Shown: positions 21,855 through 33,846, numbered from the stretch's first letter. The stretch is DNA of 64,000 nucleotides from Nemertoderma westbladi (GCA_032718475.1 JAUCBJ010001973.1:1-64000); one strand, 5' to 3'. The notes: generated by a model not told the origin, from the sequence alone. A program made the numbers and translations.

Positions 21855-22695
21855 TTATTATGTTGTACTACCTTCAAACGCGAACCCAATAGAATTTCCA
21901 CTTAATAATGCTAGCGATTTCCAAACAAATTTACAAATTCCTTTACCTATCGCTAGAGGGCAATGGTTAGTAGGTTTGACTAGTATAACCTACGTACCTA
22001 GTATTCGTCACGATAATAGTAACATTTATATAAAGGCTATAAAAAATAAAAAAAATGGATACAAGAGATGTCACTCTCTGTCGTTCCTGACATTGGAAAG
22101 AATCATTGAGTTCTTCAACAAAAGCATTATTAAAGCACAAATTAATATAGTTGATAATAGAGCGAGGTCAGGCGATATAACTATTCATTTCAAAGGGAAA
22201 CAATGGGAAATATTCGTTAGCAAACGTTTGGGTGGTTACATAGTATTAATAGAGCACGATATTGATAAATTAGGTTTCAAGTGCGTAAAAACCGACGTCG
22301 GAGATTATAATTTAATTAGAATTAATCCGCGGAATAATAAGTACCAGTCCCATAAACATCCCGACGCAGTCGAGATACTAGACCCTAACATAAATATTCA
22401 CCTTAATTGTGTTGAATCTCAATTTGTGGACAATAACGAATATCGGCTGTTGCATACCATACCATTAGAAGGGGAATACGGTGAAGTCATTACTAGGGAA
22501 GTCAAACAGATATACTATAAAAAACTTAAAGTAACATCTAATTTACGCTATATATGGGCTAAATTGGTTGGGGATTCGGGTGATCTGTTGCGCTTTCATT
22601 ATGGAAATTCAATATTAACGCTTCATTTTATACGAATTGACTGCGATAGTCACAATTTAATCGATGTAAATTATTTATTATTTATTATTATCTGA
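21844..22695 (+). CDS. Minor capsid (penton) protein copy 2, intact
   Basis: YYVVLPSNA...FPLNNASDFQTNL..P....QWLVGLTSITY; CVESQFVD...LLHTIP; YYKKL...LVGDSG..LRF...ILTLHF. Confidence 0.88.
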   Translation: MMNSYYVVLPSNANPIEFPLNNASDFQTNLQIPLPIARGQWLVGLTSITYVPSIRHDNSNIYIKAIKNKKNGYKRCHSLSFLTLERIIEFFNKSIIKAQINIVDNRARSGDITIHFKGKQWEIFVSKRLGGYIVLIEHDIDKLGFKCVKTDVGDYNLIRINPRNNKYQSHKHPDAVEILDPNINIHLNCVESQFVDNNEYRLLHTIPLEGEYGEVITREVKQIYYKKLKVTSNLRYIWAKLVGDSGDLLRFHYGNSILTLHFIRIDCDSHNLIDVNYLLFIII

Positions 22696-22718
22696 TTATC
22701 TGAAGTAATAGCGACTAT

Positions 22719-23312
22719 ATGGATAAATTTCTAAGTCGCAGCCGCGGGCGTGATTATTACCCGACGCTGGAAAACCCAGGAATAATAGTAGATTTCCAAT
22801 ATTATACGCATCACCCGCAGATCGGCCAACACCCCGTTGCAACCATTTATTTTAAAGAGTTTGCGGCTTATGATACTACCATCAAATCATTAGAAAACGT
22901 ATGGTTTATTAATGGGCCGCCCGCAAAAATTTTAAGTTTAAGCGAATATGATCGTCTCACACAACTCGCCAATATTACGCATCACATTAATTTTGACTAC
23001 GGATTTATGGACCAAAGCGCATTTAAAATCTACATACAGGAATGGTTACAAGAAAAAAAACGGTTGGTGTTTCAAATATTAATACGTGGAATACCGAAAT
23101 TATTTATTTTAAAAAATGAATTTAATGTGAATGGAACACTTCTAGAAACGTACGGCATAAACGAAAAATATGTCGATTATGACACCAAATGCATTTTCCA
23201 TGATTATTCGGCAATAACAAATTGTGCCTACCATTCTGATAAAGATTCTTGTTTTAATTACTGTTCTATGAAACTCGCAGTTGGTTATGGGAAATGGTTG
23301 TCATCAAATTAA
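22719..23312 (+). CDS. Polinton accessory ORF, possible DEDD/DnaQ-like exonuclease fold with Cys/His tail
   Basis: IIVDFQYY...IYFKEFAA; HHINFDYG; C..H...C.YH.....C C-terminus; pattern recalled from arthropod Maverick ORFs. Confidence 0.45.
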   Translation: MDKFLSRSRGRDYYPTLENPGIIVDFQYYTHHPQIGQHPVATIYFKEFAAYDTTIKSLENVWFINGPPAKILSLSEYDRLTQLANITHHINFDYGFMDQSAFKIYIQEWLQEKKRLVFQILIRGIPKLFILKNEFNVNGTLLETYGINEKYVDYDTKCIFHDYSAITNCAYHSDKDSCFNYCSMKLAVGYGKWLSSN

Positions 23313-23577
23313 TGTGTATATATTTATTAATTATATTGTATTATTATGTGGTACATATATTGTTTGTTGATTACACATATACGTATGTAGTAAAGAATTA
23401 TTATTATACGTTATAATAAATACTCATAATAATAATTTTATATATATTACTTTATATTCGGGGACTTTGCCCATTAAAACACGACATTACACAATACAAC
23501 AGACAAAAATAGCACAATAATTTTATACATTAGGGGATTTTAACAGTAATTAATTAATATTAATATAATACAACTAA

Positions 23578-26466
23578 CTAGAATAGTAGGTAATTCATAA
23601 CATCCCAAATTGGGGACTTATATATAAATCGCGATTGCCGCACATTACTAATAATTAGGTTATTAGAGTTTAACACACGACGACGAAGGCTGAATGCCGA
23701 CCTTCGACGTACACATAAAAAACTAGGCACCTGATTAAATGTAAACATTTCCGACGCACTGCAGTTAAATGGTAGCCGATGAAGTTTCCTAAATATTCTA
23801 TGGTAAGCCATTTTAATTGAGTTCATAACAGATACTGTATAAGTGTTCCATAAATTGCACCCATATATGCCCGTACAGAATGAAATAAATAATACATTTT
23901 TGACCTGAGTAGTACAATGGGAGAACTTCCTAATAAGACCGTTACCCCTACGATAAATACCCCTTATTTGATTTTGTATATCTACTTTATCGTCCATATT
24001 AATATGTAAGTAGTGACCTAAAAATTTGTGTGATTCCACGCACTCGATAGGAGAACCATTCAATCTAGCTAAACCAACTGGAAAACTGCACCTAGCACTA
24101 GCACGAAAATACATACACTTTGTCTTCTTTAAGTTAAACTCTATATTATGTTCTTTAGCATAGGCACTAGCTAAATTTATTAATGCCTGCAAAGCCTGTG
24201 GACTGGTTGCCAAAAGTGACAAATCGTCTGCATACGAAAAATGATTTACCCTAATACCATTAACGTAGCATCCTAACTCACTGTCATTTAAGATGCTACT
24301 AAGCCAATCCATATACACATTATAGAAAACAGGCGAAATAACACTTCCCTGATGGGTGCCGTTCGATACCGTAAACAAAGTTGAGTGGCAGTTACCCCAC
24401 TTAACATAAACTGTCTGTGACCTATACCAATAACACAATAGTCTAACTACAAACTTGGGGACACTCCGCTCCAATAATTTATTAAACAACTTCGAATGAT
24501 TAACAAAATCGAATGCCTTCGAGGCATCAATGAAACAAATATATACTGACGTATTCTGGCTTAAATAATAATGCACAATCTCCTTCAAAGCATATATACA
24601 TAAATATGTACTGTGTTTCGGTTTAAATCCAAATTGATTATGAGCTACCATAAGTTTATCAATATACCTGTCTAAGATAATACGTTCTAGAACCTTACAT
24701 ATAATGTTAGAGATGGCAACAGGCCTATAATTATTCTTATCCGTTAACTTCTCATTCATATTCTTAATTACAGGTACAATATAACTTTGAATTAGTTTAG
24801 AAGGCATATAACCATGACCAAGTAAGGATGAAAGAAACAACGATAAATGCACTGATAATTCTAGTGGAGCATAAATTAGATGTTCCCCTGCTAGCCCATC
24901 AGAACCCCCAGCTTTACCCGTTGATAATTTACCAATGGCTTCGAGAACCTCCGAAGCATTAACGGACGTTTCCCCCAATGTAACCCCGCCATCGCCCAAT
25001 TTATCCTGCAGAGTTTGGAACTCCTGCTCACTACCGTTGACATCTTGATGAAGTAGGTCACTGTACTCCTGTCGCCACATATCACTTATACCCTCTTCCC
25101 CAGTTACATTACCTATGGTATCAGGTAGAGGGACCCGCTGGCGGTTCACTTTAGACACCTCCTTCCAGAAGTCATTCCTTTTACGCGACAGAAGGCTTTG
25201 AGCCAGCTTATCGTTACGCAATGTCGCTTCCCGTTTTTTACAGTCCCTAAATGCTAACTTAAAAGCAGCCCTTGTACGACGCATCTCTACACTAAGAGGC
25301 CCTTCCCGTGGCCTCCCTAAGGCCCGCTACCATTGGAATACCTCCCGCGCCCTGTCGAACTTGTCCTTCACCAGCTCAGTCCACCCCGGAACCGTTTTAG
25401 TTTTATTGTTATTAGGTTTATGAGATGGAATATTAGCCCGACTAGCAGTATGTATCGCATTAGTAACACCATTAAAATATTCATCAATTGCACCTTTATG
25501 ATTACAATCAGTACATGATCCATTACACTGAATTGCCGAAACTGGAATACATAATTTACCCAACTCTCTGGCCAATTGGCTTTTATAACTATCCCTATTT
25601 GCAGGGGATGCATTTTGCCAATCCAGGTTAATACCGGTACAGTCATTAGTAGAGTTATTACTAGTACCGGATACACTATCGGAGTTAGTACTGCCGAAAT
25701 AACCTTCAGTGTTATATAAATTTGACATTAATGAGAAAATAAACAAAATCGGCATGTGGTCATAGCACACCAAAGAAGGCATAGTAGCCACGGTAAATAT
25801 ACGTGAATCAAGTGACCCAGTACAAATAATGTGGTCTACCCATGATGTGGTGTGATGTGCGGCACTGATGTAAGTAAAAGTGTCGCTTTGTAACCGCTCA
25901 AGATCTGTCCAAGTTAAACCTAATTCGGTCACAAATGATTGTAAATATGCATCAAATTTACGTTTACTTGGGTCAGCATTAAAATCTCCCATTACTGCAA
26001 TTAACGGGCTATCCAAACTGTCAATCAGTGTTGATAATTCCCCTAAACAGTCTAGAAACTCTTCCTCATTATCAGAGGATTCGTATGGCAAATACACATT
26101 AATTATATATATATCGGGGTCAGAAGCTGGTGTGCGAATAACAGCTACTAACAGCCTATTATTAGATATTTCCTTTAGTATCTCGAAATTATTTCCCAAC
26201 GATTTACGCCATAAGAAAGCTAAGCATCCGTAAGGCCTCCCAGTTAGCACACCAACTTCCAGATCTACCGGAGAGACACCATACACATAATAGTCATCGT
26301 GTATTGTTGTCAGAAAATTGAGTTCTTGTTTCGGTAACATAATTTCCTGTAAACCAATAATATCTACTGATTCTGATTGACAAAGATGTTTAACTATAGG
26401 CAGGGAAGACCCACGTATAGAATTACAATTATAGGATATTAACTTTAAACTTTGTGTAGTAGCCAT
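23578..26466 (-). pseudogene. LINE ORF2 (AP endonuclease + reverse transcriptase), single in-frame TAG at 25327-25329
   Basis: LISYNCN, IIGLQE, NVYLPY, GDFNAD, SWVDHI, DHMPI; NYRPVA, QFGFK, IDASKAFD, NGTHQGSVISP, SYADDL, FLGH; the two ORF-track pieces are in frame. Confidence 0.95.
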
Positions 26467-26632
26467 TGTTTATAAAAATATTTATCACAATATAATATTT
26501 AAAAAAATAAAAAAAATAAATCATTTATTGTAAAAATAATTGAAAAAAAACAATATTTTTTATATGTATATATTGGTTTGGTACCGGTACATAATAATGT
26601 ATACATACATACATACATAATAGGCTATATAC

Positions 26633-27826
26633 TTAGCCAACAGTCGACTGGTCCGTCTGCTCTATGTGCTGCATGGAGTTGATGGCGTTCCCTCCCCCTA
26701 CTGCTGTAGCAGAGTCTGAGTTCCAGTAGCCATCCTTGCGTGGAGCGAAGTATGGTCTAATGCTTGCACCCGTCGGCCAGATGTCCCCCTCCAATAGCTT
26801 CTCCGACTTGGACCATGCCGCAATTATGAGGAATGATCTGAAATCAGCTGATGGCGGTGGACGCCCAGAGGAACCCACCACTGCACGTTCCAGCAGCTTA
26901 ACCGTCGCGTCAATATCGGTCTTGGACTCAATGTAAGATGTAACTTCGTCTGCATTTACGCTTATACCGCAGTTTGATAAATATAGTTTACGAGGATTCT
27001 CTGCCGTTGCAAATCCACCAGTCGCCGACCCTTTAACCACCTTACGCGGGGGTCGTCGCCATGTGGCCGCTCCTCGAGTGCCTTGAGAACCTGGCCTTCC
27101 ACAGCCAACGTTGGCCGGTTGTCGACGCCGATATGACACAGGCTCTGACCAGCCACCAGTGTCACCATCTTCTGCTGCCACATCCCTGAATGATCTACGA
27201 GCAGGTGGTTGACCCTGCTGACCGGAAACGGGCACTGCCGGTGAAGCGGGTTGACCAGTAGACCCTTGGCCCGTAGTCCCAATAGAGCCACCGATATTCA
27301 CTCGCTGCGCAGGCTGCATATCCTCTCCCTGTCCGCGTACCGTTAGACCTGCCGCCGCCTGACCATGACCGGAACCCGGATTCAGATCAGACTTCCGCAC
27401 AGCATCCCGTTCCAGACCCGCAAGACGCCCCTGCAGGTCCGACACCTGTCTCATCAATGATACCATGTCAACGGCATTCAACAAATGTGGTGGAAGACAT
27501 CGATGGTCCATGGTTACAAAGACCGGTTTCGGTGAACATTCCTGGAACCCACGATACTCGAACAGCGTAATGATGTCATTTATACTATTATCCCAAAACT
27601 GGTTAGTAGCCTCTTTCCGATGCACCAACTTAGGTGCATCCCTATTTCCAGATACAAAGCTATGAAGCTTTTCCTTTGACGACCGTATATCCGCTTTAGT
27701 AAACTTAGGCCACCCGGCTACCTGTCCACCTATCTCAGTGACCGGCATACCAGACACCCACATAGTATATGTGTAATTTTAAATATCATTGGCCACGAGA
27801 ATCTCATCAGGATCATCATCAGCCAT
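26633..27826 (-). pseudogene. LINE ORF1 (N-terminal conserved region, coiled coil, RRM-like C-terminus); TAA at codon 16
   Basis: MADDDPDEILVANDI*NYTY is in frame with ORF 26633-27763; DII...PVFV...LPP; KLYLSNC...FRSF...WP.G..IRPYF. Confidence 0.85.
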
Positions 27827-27980
27827 ACCGGTATGGCATATGGCAGTATGGCTACTTTACAGTAAGTAGTCACAGAGTCAGGTAGTGCCAGAAAACAGTA
27901 TTCAGTATTTCAGTATACAAATTCAGTAATAATTAATTATATCAATTTATCATTTATCAATTAAATCAAATTCATTAATA

Positions 27981-28508
27981 ATGTCAGATTCTAATTTGTT
28001 TAAATTATATAGCACCCCGCAAATCCAACTGGGAAGTGGGAATTATAGCGATATACCCATTTTTAAGGGTGGAAGCATTCTCCCCGGGTTTGGCCCATCT
28101 ACCAGTGTATGGAATAATAAGAATAATAAATTCGGCCAGCGATACACCCAAAATCGTCAGCGTGGGCGCGGAATATTAACAACTGGCCTCTGTATATTTG
28201 CGCGCAAGTTAGGGAGAAAGGTGCTAACTAAAGCACTCCCCAAAGCAGCAAAAGCGGCGCGGAAATACATAATACCGGAAGGAAAACGTATTTTACGCAG
28301 TAAAGCAGATGATTTGATAAATAAAGTGGCCTCGCGGTTAGAACCTCATCCAAAGACACGCCAAATCGCCCAACGGGTATACAATGAATTTACAAACCCG
28401 AAAAGTAAAAAAAAGAGGAGCGGGAAACGGCAACACCCAAGTGTGGGTATGAACGTTGGGCGCAAACGTAAAAAGCGAAATAATAAATGTCGTGATATTT
28501 TCATGTAA
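27981..28508 (+). CDS. Basic Polinton core/virion protein with QxGxG motifs
   Basis: QLGSG, QRGRG, amphipathic K/R-rich helix, KRKKR...DIF C-terminus, directly upstream of the major capsid gene. Confidence 0.75.
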   Translation: MSDSNLFKLYSTPQIQLGSGNYSDIPIFKGGSILPGFGPSTSVWNNKNNKFGQRYTQNRQRGRGILTTGLCIFARKLGRKVLTKALPKAAKAARKYIIPEGKRILRSKADDLINKVASRLEPHPKTRQIAQRVYNEFTNPKSKKKRSGKRQHPSVGMNVGRKRKKRNNKCRDIFM

Positions 28509-28515
28509 CTTAACA

Positions 28516-29769
28516 ATGAGTAAATTAGAATTATCATTATTCTCTAGTAAAACAAATCAGCGAGAATATACATCTTCACATTTTTTGGATATCTACCCGA
28601 TTTCTACTCTTGACGCGAATGCCAGGCAAATAGAGTTCTTTATACCCCAGTCAAATGTTCTATATACTGATTTAAAGAATTCGAAATTTCACATTAAATA
28701 TAAAATTACATGGGACGGTAATAGGGCTAACGACGATACAACCCTCCACCATCTCAATTACCCGGCGGGTGGGTCACTGTTTGAGAATTGTTCGTTGTAC
28801 CTAAATGAAAAGCTAGTTGAAACCTCGAATGGGTTCTACGCCTATAAGTCTACGTTTCAGACATTACTGTTGACAGATGCTAACGAAAAACGCGGTATTT
28901 TAAGAGCTGGTGGTTATGAGGATACAGATAATAATCTAGGCGGGGTACCTGTCGCTACTGGGAATGACGCTCGTGGGAATTATGTTAAATTCGTTGTGGC
29001 TCCAATTTTTTTAGACCTAACAAGTCAGGACAAATTACTGCCGCCAGGAATTAACATTCGACTTTGTATAGACCAAGTATCGAATAATTTTTTTTTGAAG
29101 GTTGAACCCCCCGCAGGATTGGCAAACCCAAGAGTTAAAATCATGAATATTAATTTAAAAATAAAACGCCACAGGATTGATGCCCAGGTTATGCGCGCGC
29201 ATTTGTTGGGGTCACAAAAAAATGACTTTATTTATAACTTGTTAAAACAAGAAGTGAAAACCTTCACTATTGGTGGCGGACAGTCCAGTTATACAGAATC
29301 GAACATAATCCAAGGGAAATTACCTAAGTATATTTTGATTGGAATGCTTACCAACGCCAGCTTCAACGGGGAATTAAGCAGTAATCCGCTACATTTTAAC
29401 CATTTCGGTTTAAATTATGCCGAACTAAACATCGACTCCCGTATTATACACCGGTATCCATATTGCCCTAACTTTCCGGAAAACAATTTTATGTTGGAAT
29501 TCGAAAGTTTAATGAACGTGTTCAAGAGCTTGAGCGGCGTATTTTGCTCGCTAACACCAGAACGGTTTCGTACCCAATTTCCTTTGATAGTATTTGATCT
29601 TACTGCGGGGGGCAATCAAAGCCATGAGATTCAACCTAGTATACATACAAGCGGGCATTTGATTCTGAAATTTAGTAATGCACTAGTTAACACTATTAAC
29701 GTTATATTAATGGCAAGCTATGATGCTCTTCTATCTATTTCGGAAGCCAAGGAAATAATAACCGAATAA
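28516..29769 (+). CDS. Polinton major capsid protein (double jelly-roll, F54H12.2-like)
   Basis: MSKLELSLF...YPISTL..IEFFIP...YTDL; SLFENCSLYLN; YAYK; QDKLLPPG; GKLPKYILIGM..N.SFNG...NPLHFNHF; VFDLT; likely ATG at 28516. Confidence 0.92.
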   Translation: MSKLELSLFSSKTNQREYTSSHFLDIYPISTLDANARQIEFFIPQSNVLYTDLKNSKFHIKYKITWDGNRANDDTTLHHLNYPAGGSLFENCSLYLNEKLVETSNGFYAYKSTFQTLLLTDANEKRGILRAGGYEDTDNNLGGVPVATGNDARGNYVKFVVAPIFLDLTSQDKLLPPGINIRLCIDQVSNNFFLKVEPPAGLANPRVKIMNINLKIKRHRIDAQVMRAHLLGSQKNDFIYNLLKQEVKTFTIGGGQSSYTESNIIQGKLPKYILIGMLTNASFNGELSSNPLHFNHFGLNYAELNIDSRIIHRYPYCPNFPENNFMLEFESLMNVFKSLSGVFCSLTPERFRTQFPLIVFDLTAGGNQSHEIQPSIHTSGHLILKFSNALVNTINVILMASYDALLSISEAKEIITE

Positions 29770-29849
29770 ATAAAGATCTCGCATAGTACAAAGTAAGCGG
29801 AATTAGAAAAATTCTCTTAAACTTTTAATGATACGCGCACGCTAAGACG

Positions 29850-30287
29850 TTGGACTCTATACAATTAACAAAATTCCCGGTGGGGCCTGAATACATTGGT
29901 GTTTACGCAATCGACCAATTACACCTAATATACGCAAAAAAAAATAAGCATAAACAAAATTATTCATTTATTATTAATAATCAACATATAGGCCTACCGG
30001 GGCAACACTGGTCTTGCGTACGCGTGGTTAACAGAATTGCTTATTATTTAGATTCGTTTGATAAAGCCCCACTGCCGAAAATATCATATTGGTTGCATAA
30101 ATATACCCAAAGGCATACTTGGAATTGTAAAATATTTCAAGCACCACATTCGACTCAGTGTGGTCTATTTTGTCTGTATTATTTAACCGAGGTGTCGAAA
30201 AATCCTGGAGCAATGAATATATTCAGCTCTAATTTGCGGTACAATGATTTATTGTTATTACTGTGGACACTTTCATTAATAAAATAA
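29850..30287 (+). CDS. Adenain-like cysteine maturation protease
   Basis: IINN...PGQHW (His), YLDSF (Asp), FQ...STQCGLFCLYYL (Gln/Cys); TTG in place of the expected ATG. Confidence 0.92.
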   Translation: MDSIQLTKFPVGPEYIGVYAIDQLHLIYAKKNKHKQNYSFIINNQHIGLPGQHWSCVRVVNRIAYYLDSFDKAPLPKISYWLHKYTQRHTWNCKIFQAPHSTQCGLFCLYYLTEVSKNPGAMNIFSSNLRYNDLLLLLWTLSLIK

Positions 30288-31479
30288 TTTATTTATTTCG
30301 GTTATGGGTATATTCAATTGCGGTGTGTGAAAATATTATTAGCATTAATATTAATAATAATTATTTATTTCGTGGGTATATAGTAATAACAATATTTTTA
30401 ATAAATATATGGGACGTGGTAAGTGACGTGGGTGGGGTCTTCGCGCGGCACTATTCGTTTTTTAATTTTTTTAATTTTCATCGTCAATCACTGAAACCTT
30501 GTGAGGTGAAGTCTTTAGCGCGTGGGCGCCTGTAAAACCGGTATAATCGGACATAGCCATATTGGGGCCCAACTCTTTCCATTATATACCAAGCATCTGC
30601 CTCCCAACCTATGTGGTTAACACAAAGGCCAGAATCTCTATCCATGCTACGCACATTAGACAATAATTAAACGCTCTAATGACAATCAAAGGTCTGTGTT
30701 CAATTTACTCGCATATGTGACCGGTTTCACAAAAGAACAAATAAGCCATATACGAAGCATAGATAATTAGCCTTACCAAATTAGCTGTTAAATTATAAAC
30801 TATCTAAATAAACTAAAACTCAATGTGCTTTTTATATTTAGTAGTTTGATAATTAATTCAATAGTTTTATATTAAGTTAGATTTCTTTGTGTTAGATTGT
30901 TTGTAAAACTTATATTTTGTAAGTCAATAATTAAATAAACAACTAAAACATATCGACATAATGGCTGCAGGCGGTGATAAATCAACCTCGGAGATTGCCG
31001 CAACTTTATTGCGGGTGAGACGAGACGAGAATCCAGAAGCAGAAGACCCCATCCAACAAGTACCTGTTTCCAGCAGGGTGCCCCAAACTTTCGGCAAGGG
31101 GACTCGCGGGGGTACCATTGAACCCCTTAGAAGGCCTAATACACCAATGGCAACGGCGTATAGGCCTATCAATTTTTATCTGGCGATTGGTAGGCCTCTT
31201 AGGCCTATTGCCATGGTATTTCCGAATAGGCGGCCCCGAGGGCGAGGTCGTGGTTTATCGCCGTGGTTCCCCCCGGATCCGCCGCAAGAAGGGGTACTCC
31301 CTGCGGAGCCTGGGAGAATTGTTGGTGGGGGAGTCCGCCCGACTTGCGCCTGCCCCCAAGAGTGATAGGGCAAATGAGAACGCAGCCTCCCACCCAACAT
31401 TAATGTAAGTAATAATTTAATTTCAACAATTAATATAATAACAATAAATAATTACCAAAATTCAACAATAGTACCCACA

Positions 31480-32220
31480 CGCTAAAGGCTTTGCTCACTC
31501 CGTGCTGCGCAGGTACCCATATTCTTAGGCTTCGTTCGATACATGGCTCATCCTATTTTTTCATCAAATCACTGTATAACCGAGTTATTAGCAATTAAAA
31601 TTTATGTTGGTGCCGGACGGCGATAAGACAACTCACTGATAGCGCCTATATGCTTTCACACACTTCATGGCTCACCCCCTCCGCATATAAGTAGAATAAT
31701 CATAATAAAATAATATTATAAATACTATAAGTTTATACTCACTTCGCGGCTCGCCCCACAACTAGTGGCTTAGCAATAACTATAGAATTGTAATATTGGT
31801 GGCTGCCGTTAGTTGAATACAATAACCTTACTTCGATGCTATCACTCACTTCATGGCTCGCCCCATAGGTAGAATAATCAAATTAAAATAATATTATAAT
31901 TATAAATACTATAACCTTAACAAATATGCTAAGGCTTCACTCGCTTCATGGCTCGCCCCATTTTTTCATCAAATCACAAAATAAACAACTTATTGCTTGG
32001 CAATAACTGTAGAATTGCAATATTGGTAGCCACCGTTAGTCTGTGTTTATTTACCTTTTTTAGTTGTTGCGTCATAACCTTACTTCGATGCTATCACTCA
32101 CTTCATGGCTCGCCCCATAGGTAGAATAATCAAATTAAAATAGTATTATAAATACTATAACTTTAACCCATATGCTAAGGCTTCATGGCTCGCCCCATTT
32201 TTTCATCAAATCACGAAATC
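31480..32220 (+). repeat. Degenerate ~250-bp tandem units with ~7 copies of CTTCATGGCTCGCCCC
   Basis: ataaccttacttcgatgctatcactcacttcatggctcgccccataggtagaataatcaaattaaaata at 31822 and 32074 (period 252). Confidence 0.85.
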
Positions 32221-32599
32221 ATGTTAAAGACTATATAACAAACGTCTGCAACCCATTTACTATATTGGGTTTTACCTATTGCGGTTCAAGGTCAAACGCC
32301 AACCGGTAGACACGAATTAATTAAATTACTTCCGTCTGCGGACTGGCCTTATACCACATATGTCACATATACACAGTGGTGACATGTTACATATGCACAA
32401 TGGTAACCATAGTAAGTGGGCGGGGTGACACAATGGTAATCATAGTAAGTAGGCGGTGCAAGAGCCGTTCGGGAAATTCTTTAACATGGTAGACTATGGC
32501 AGACAATGTTTTATTTAAATTGTTTATCATACTACTCGCAGGTCACATCCTAGGTAGGTCAAGAGTTCGAATTTGGGTCAGTAAAATTTGTATTAAATT

Positions 32600-32775
32600 A
32601 GATAAGCCAATGAAGTGCGTACAACACATGGACAGATTAGTTGGGCCAATCGTAGGATGTTTGATAATTTATTGGTCCAATGTGCGCTCATAGAATGTGG
32701 TAGAATGTTCTAGTGGATTCCACGCTTAGGATTTCCTATATAAGGCGCCGTTTGCTCTTTGGTTATCACTCAACA
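32600..32775 (+). promoter_or_regulatory. Pol II promoter-like module: three CCAAT boxes, TATATAAG, initiator-like TTATCACTC
   Basis: CCAAT at ~32607, 32647, 32677; TATATAAG ~32737; TCACTC ~28 nt downstream. Confidence 0.5.
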
Positions 32776-33628
32776 CTCTTATCACTGGACTTGTCTTGTC
32801 TTGTGTCTTTATAACTTTGTCATTAGTTAATTTGTGAAAGTTTAGTCTAATTCGATAAATCTTTTGTCGTTAAAATATACTGCAAACTCAGAACATGTAG
32901 CTTTTAGTGTATCTACCTTAAACAGCCAAACGCTTCGGGGAATGGCTGCCTAAACCTTTAGGCCATAGCAACACAAGGGGAAGGGATGTCCATGACGCAT
33001 AAAGGTGCCCACACCATCTTTACCCACGCCCATTTGGAAGCATGCCCTATTGTCTGAACATGCCCACATCAGAGGAGGTAAGACTTTGTTTGACGCCTTT
33101 GCCCGCCGTAAGTTGCTTAGATCATGGTGAAGCGTGACCCCATCCTGGGACACTGTAAAATTTAGGACCAAATATCTCAGATTCAGACAGGAAAAACCCG
33201 GGTCAACCTGTATCTCATACAGGTGCGAGCTGCTGCTGTTTGTCAGTACGCGCAAGTACACTTAGGTGCAAATAGCACGCTCTATAATTTGGTGTTTGGT
33301 GATTTGCCGTACTTGTGGTACAGTACCGGTTAGGTCTGTTAGGCCTTGCAGTTTAACTGACCTGTCTGAGTCCAAAGTATTTGATCAGGCAAGAGGCAGC
33401 TTTCTGCTACCGGCATGCATTTTGGCTGAGGGAGGTTTACTAACAATCTACCGCGCCCTTGCCACATACTGATAGGTATTTATTGCAGCCCACCGCAGTA
33501 ACAAAATTCTAAAATCAAATTACATACCAGATCAGCTAGACGTATGGTAGTAAATTAACACCCTATTTCCTTATCTCAAGATCAGAATCTGGTATCAGTG
33601 CCGATCACGGGCGTAGTTACTAACACCG

Positions 33629-33846
33629 TAATTGCATGGCTGAGTTGTGAACAAAGGAGGAGAGAGCCCTTTTGACGTCAGTTTGTAAGTATTGCGCCTA
33701 AGCGTGCGACTAGCTTATTCGAGTAGCTAGCGCCTGGTATTGTTATTTTGTTAAAATCACCAAAACCTAGTATAACAGTGATACCCCAAAATTGTTTTAT
33801 CGTAACACACACACACAAACGCGTCTTGAGATCTACTGATTTACAG
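33629..33846 (+). repeat. ~218-bp dispersed repeat, copy 2
   Basis: Matches 7398-7616 in direct orientation with scattered substitutions. Confidence 0.9.

Larger units (their letters stand above)
23440..27930 (-). mobile_element. Near full-length two-ORF LINE (RTE group, Proto2/RTE-X-like; clade uncertain) inserted in the Polinton
   Basis: ORF1 plus APE-RT ORF2, each with one nonsense codon; AT-rich 3' tail near 23440-23460; no clear TSD. Confidence 0.92.
15030..30500 (+). mobile_element. Polinton/Maverick (adintovirus-like) element, internally deleted, termini not identified, interrupted by a LINE
   Basis: Co-linear pPolB N-terminus, rve integrase with chromodomain, minor capsids, core protein, major capsid and adenain protease. 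Confidence 0.93.

Noticed and set aside
30405-30470. Possible Polinton terminal inverted repeat
   Set aside because: GC-rich and promoter-like, but there is no terminal ACTACT/AGTAGT, no matching left copy and no 6-bp TSD
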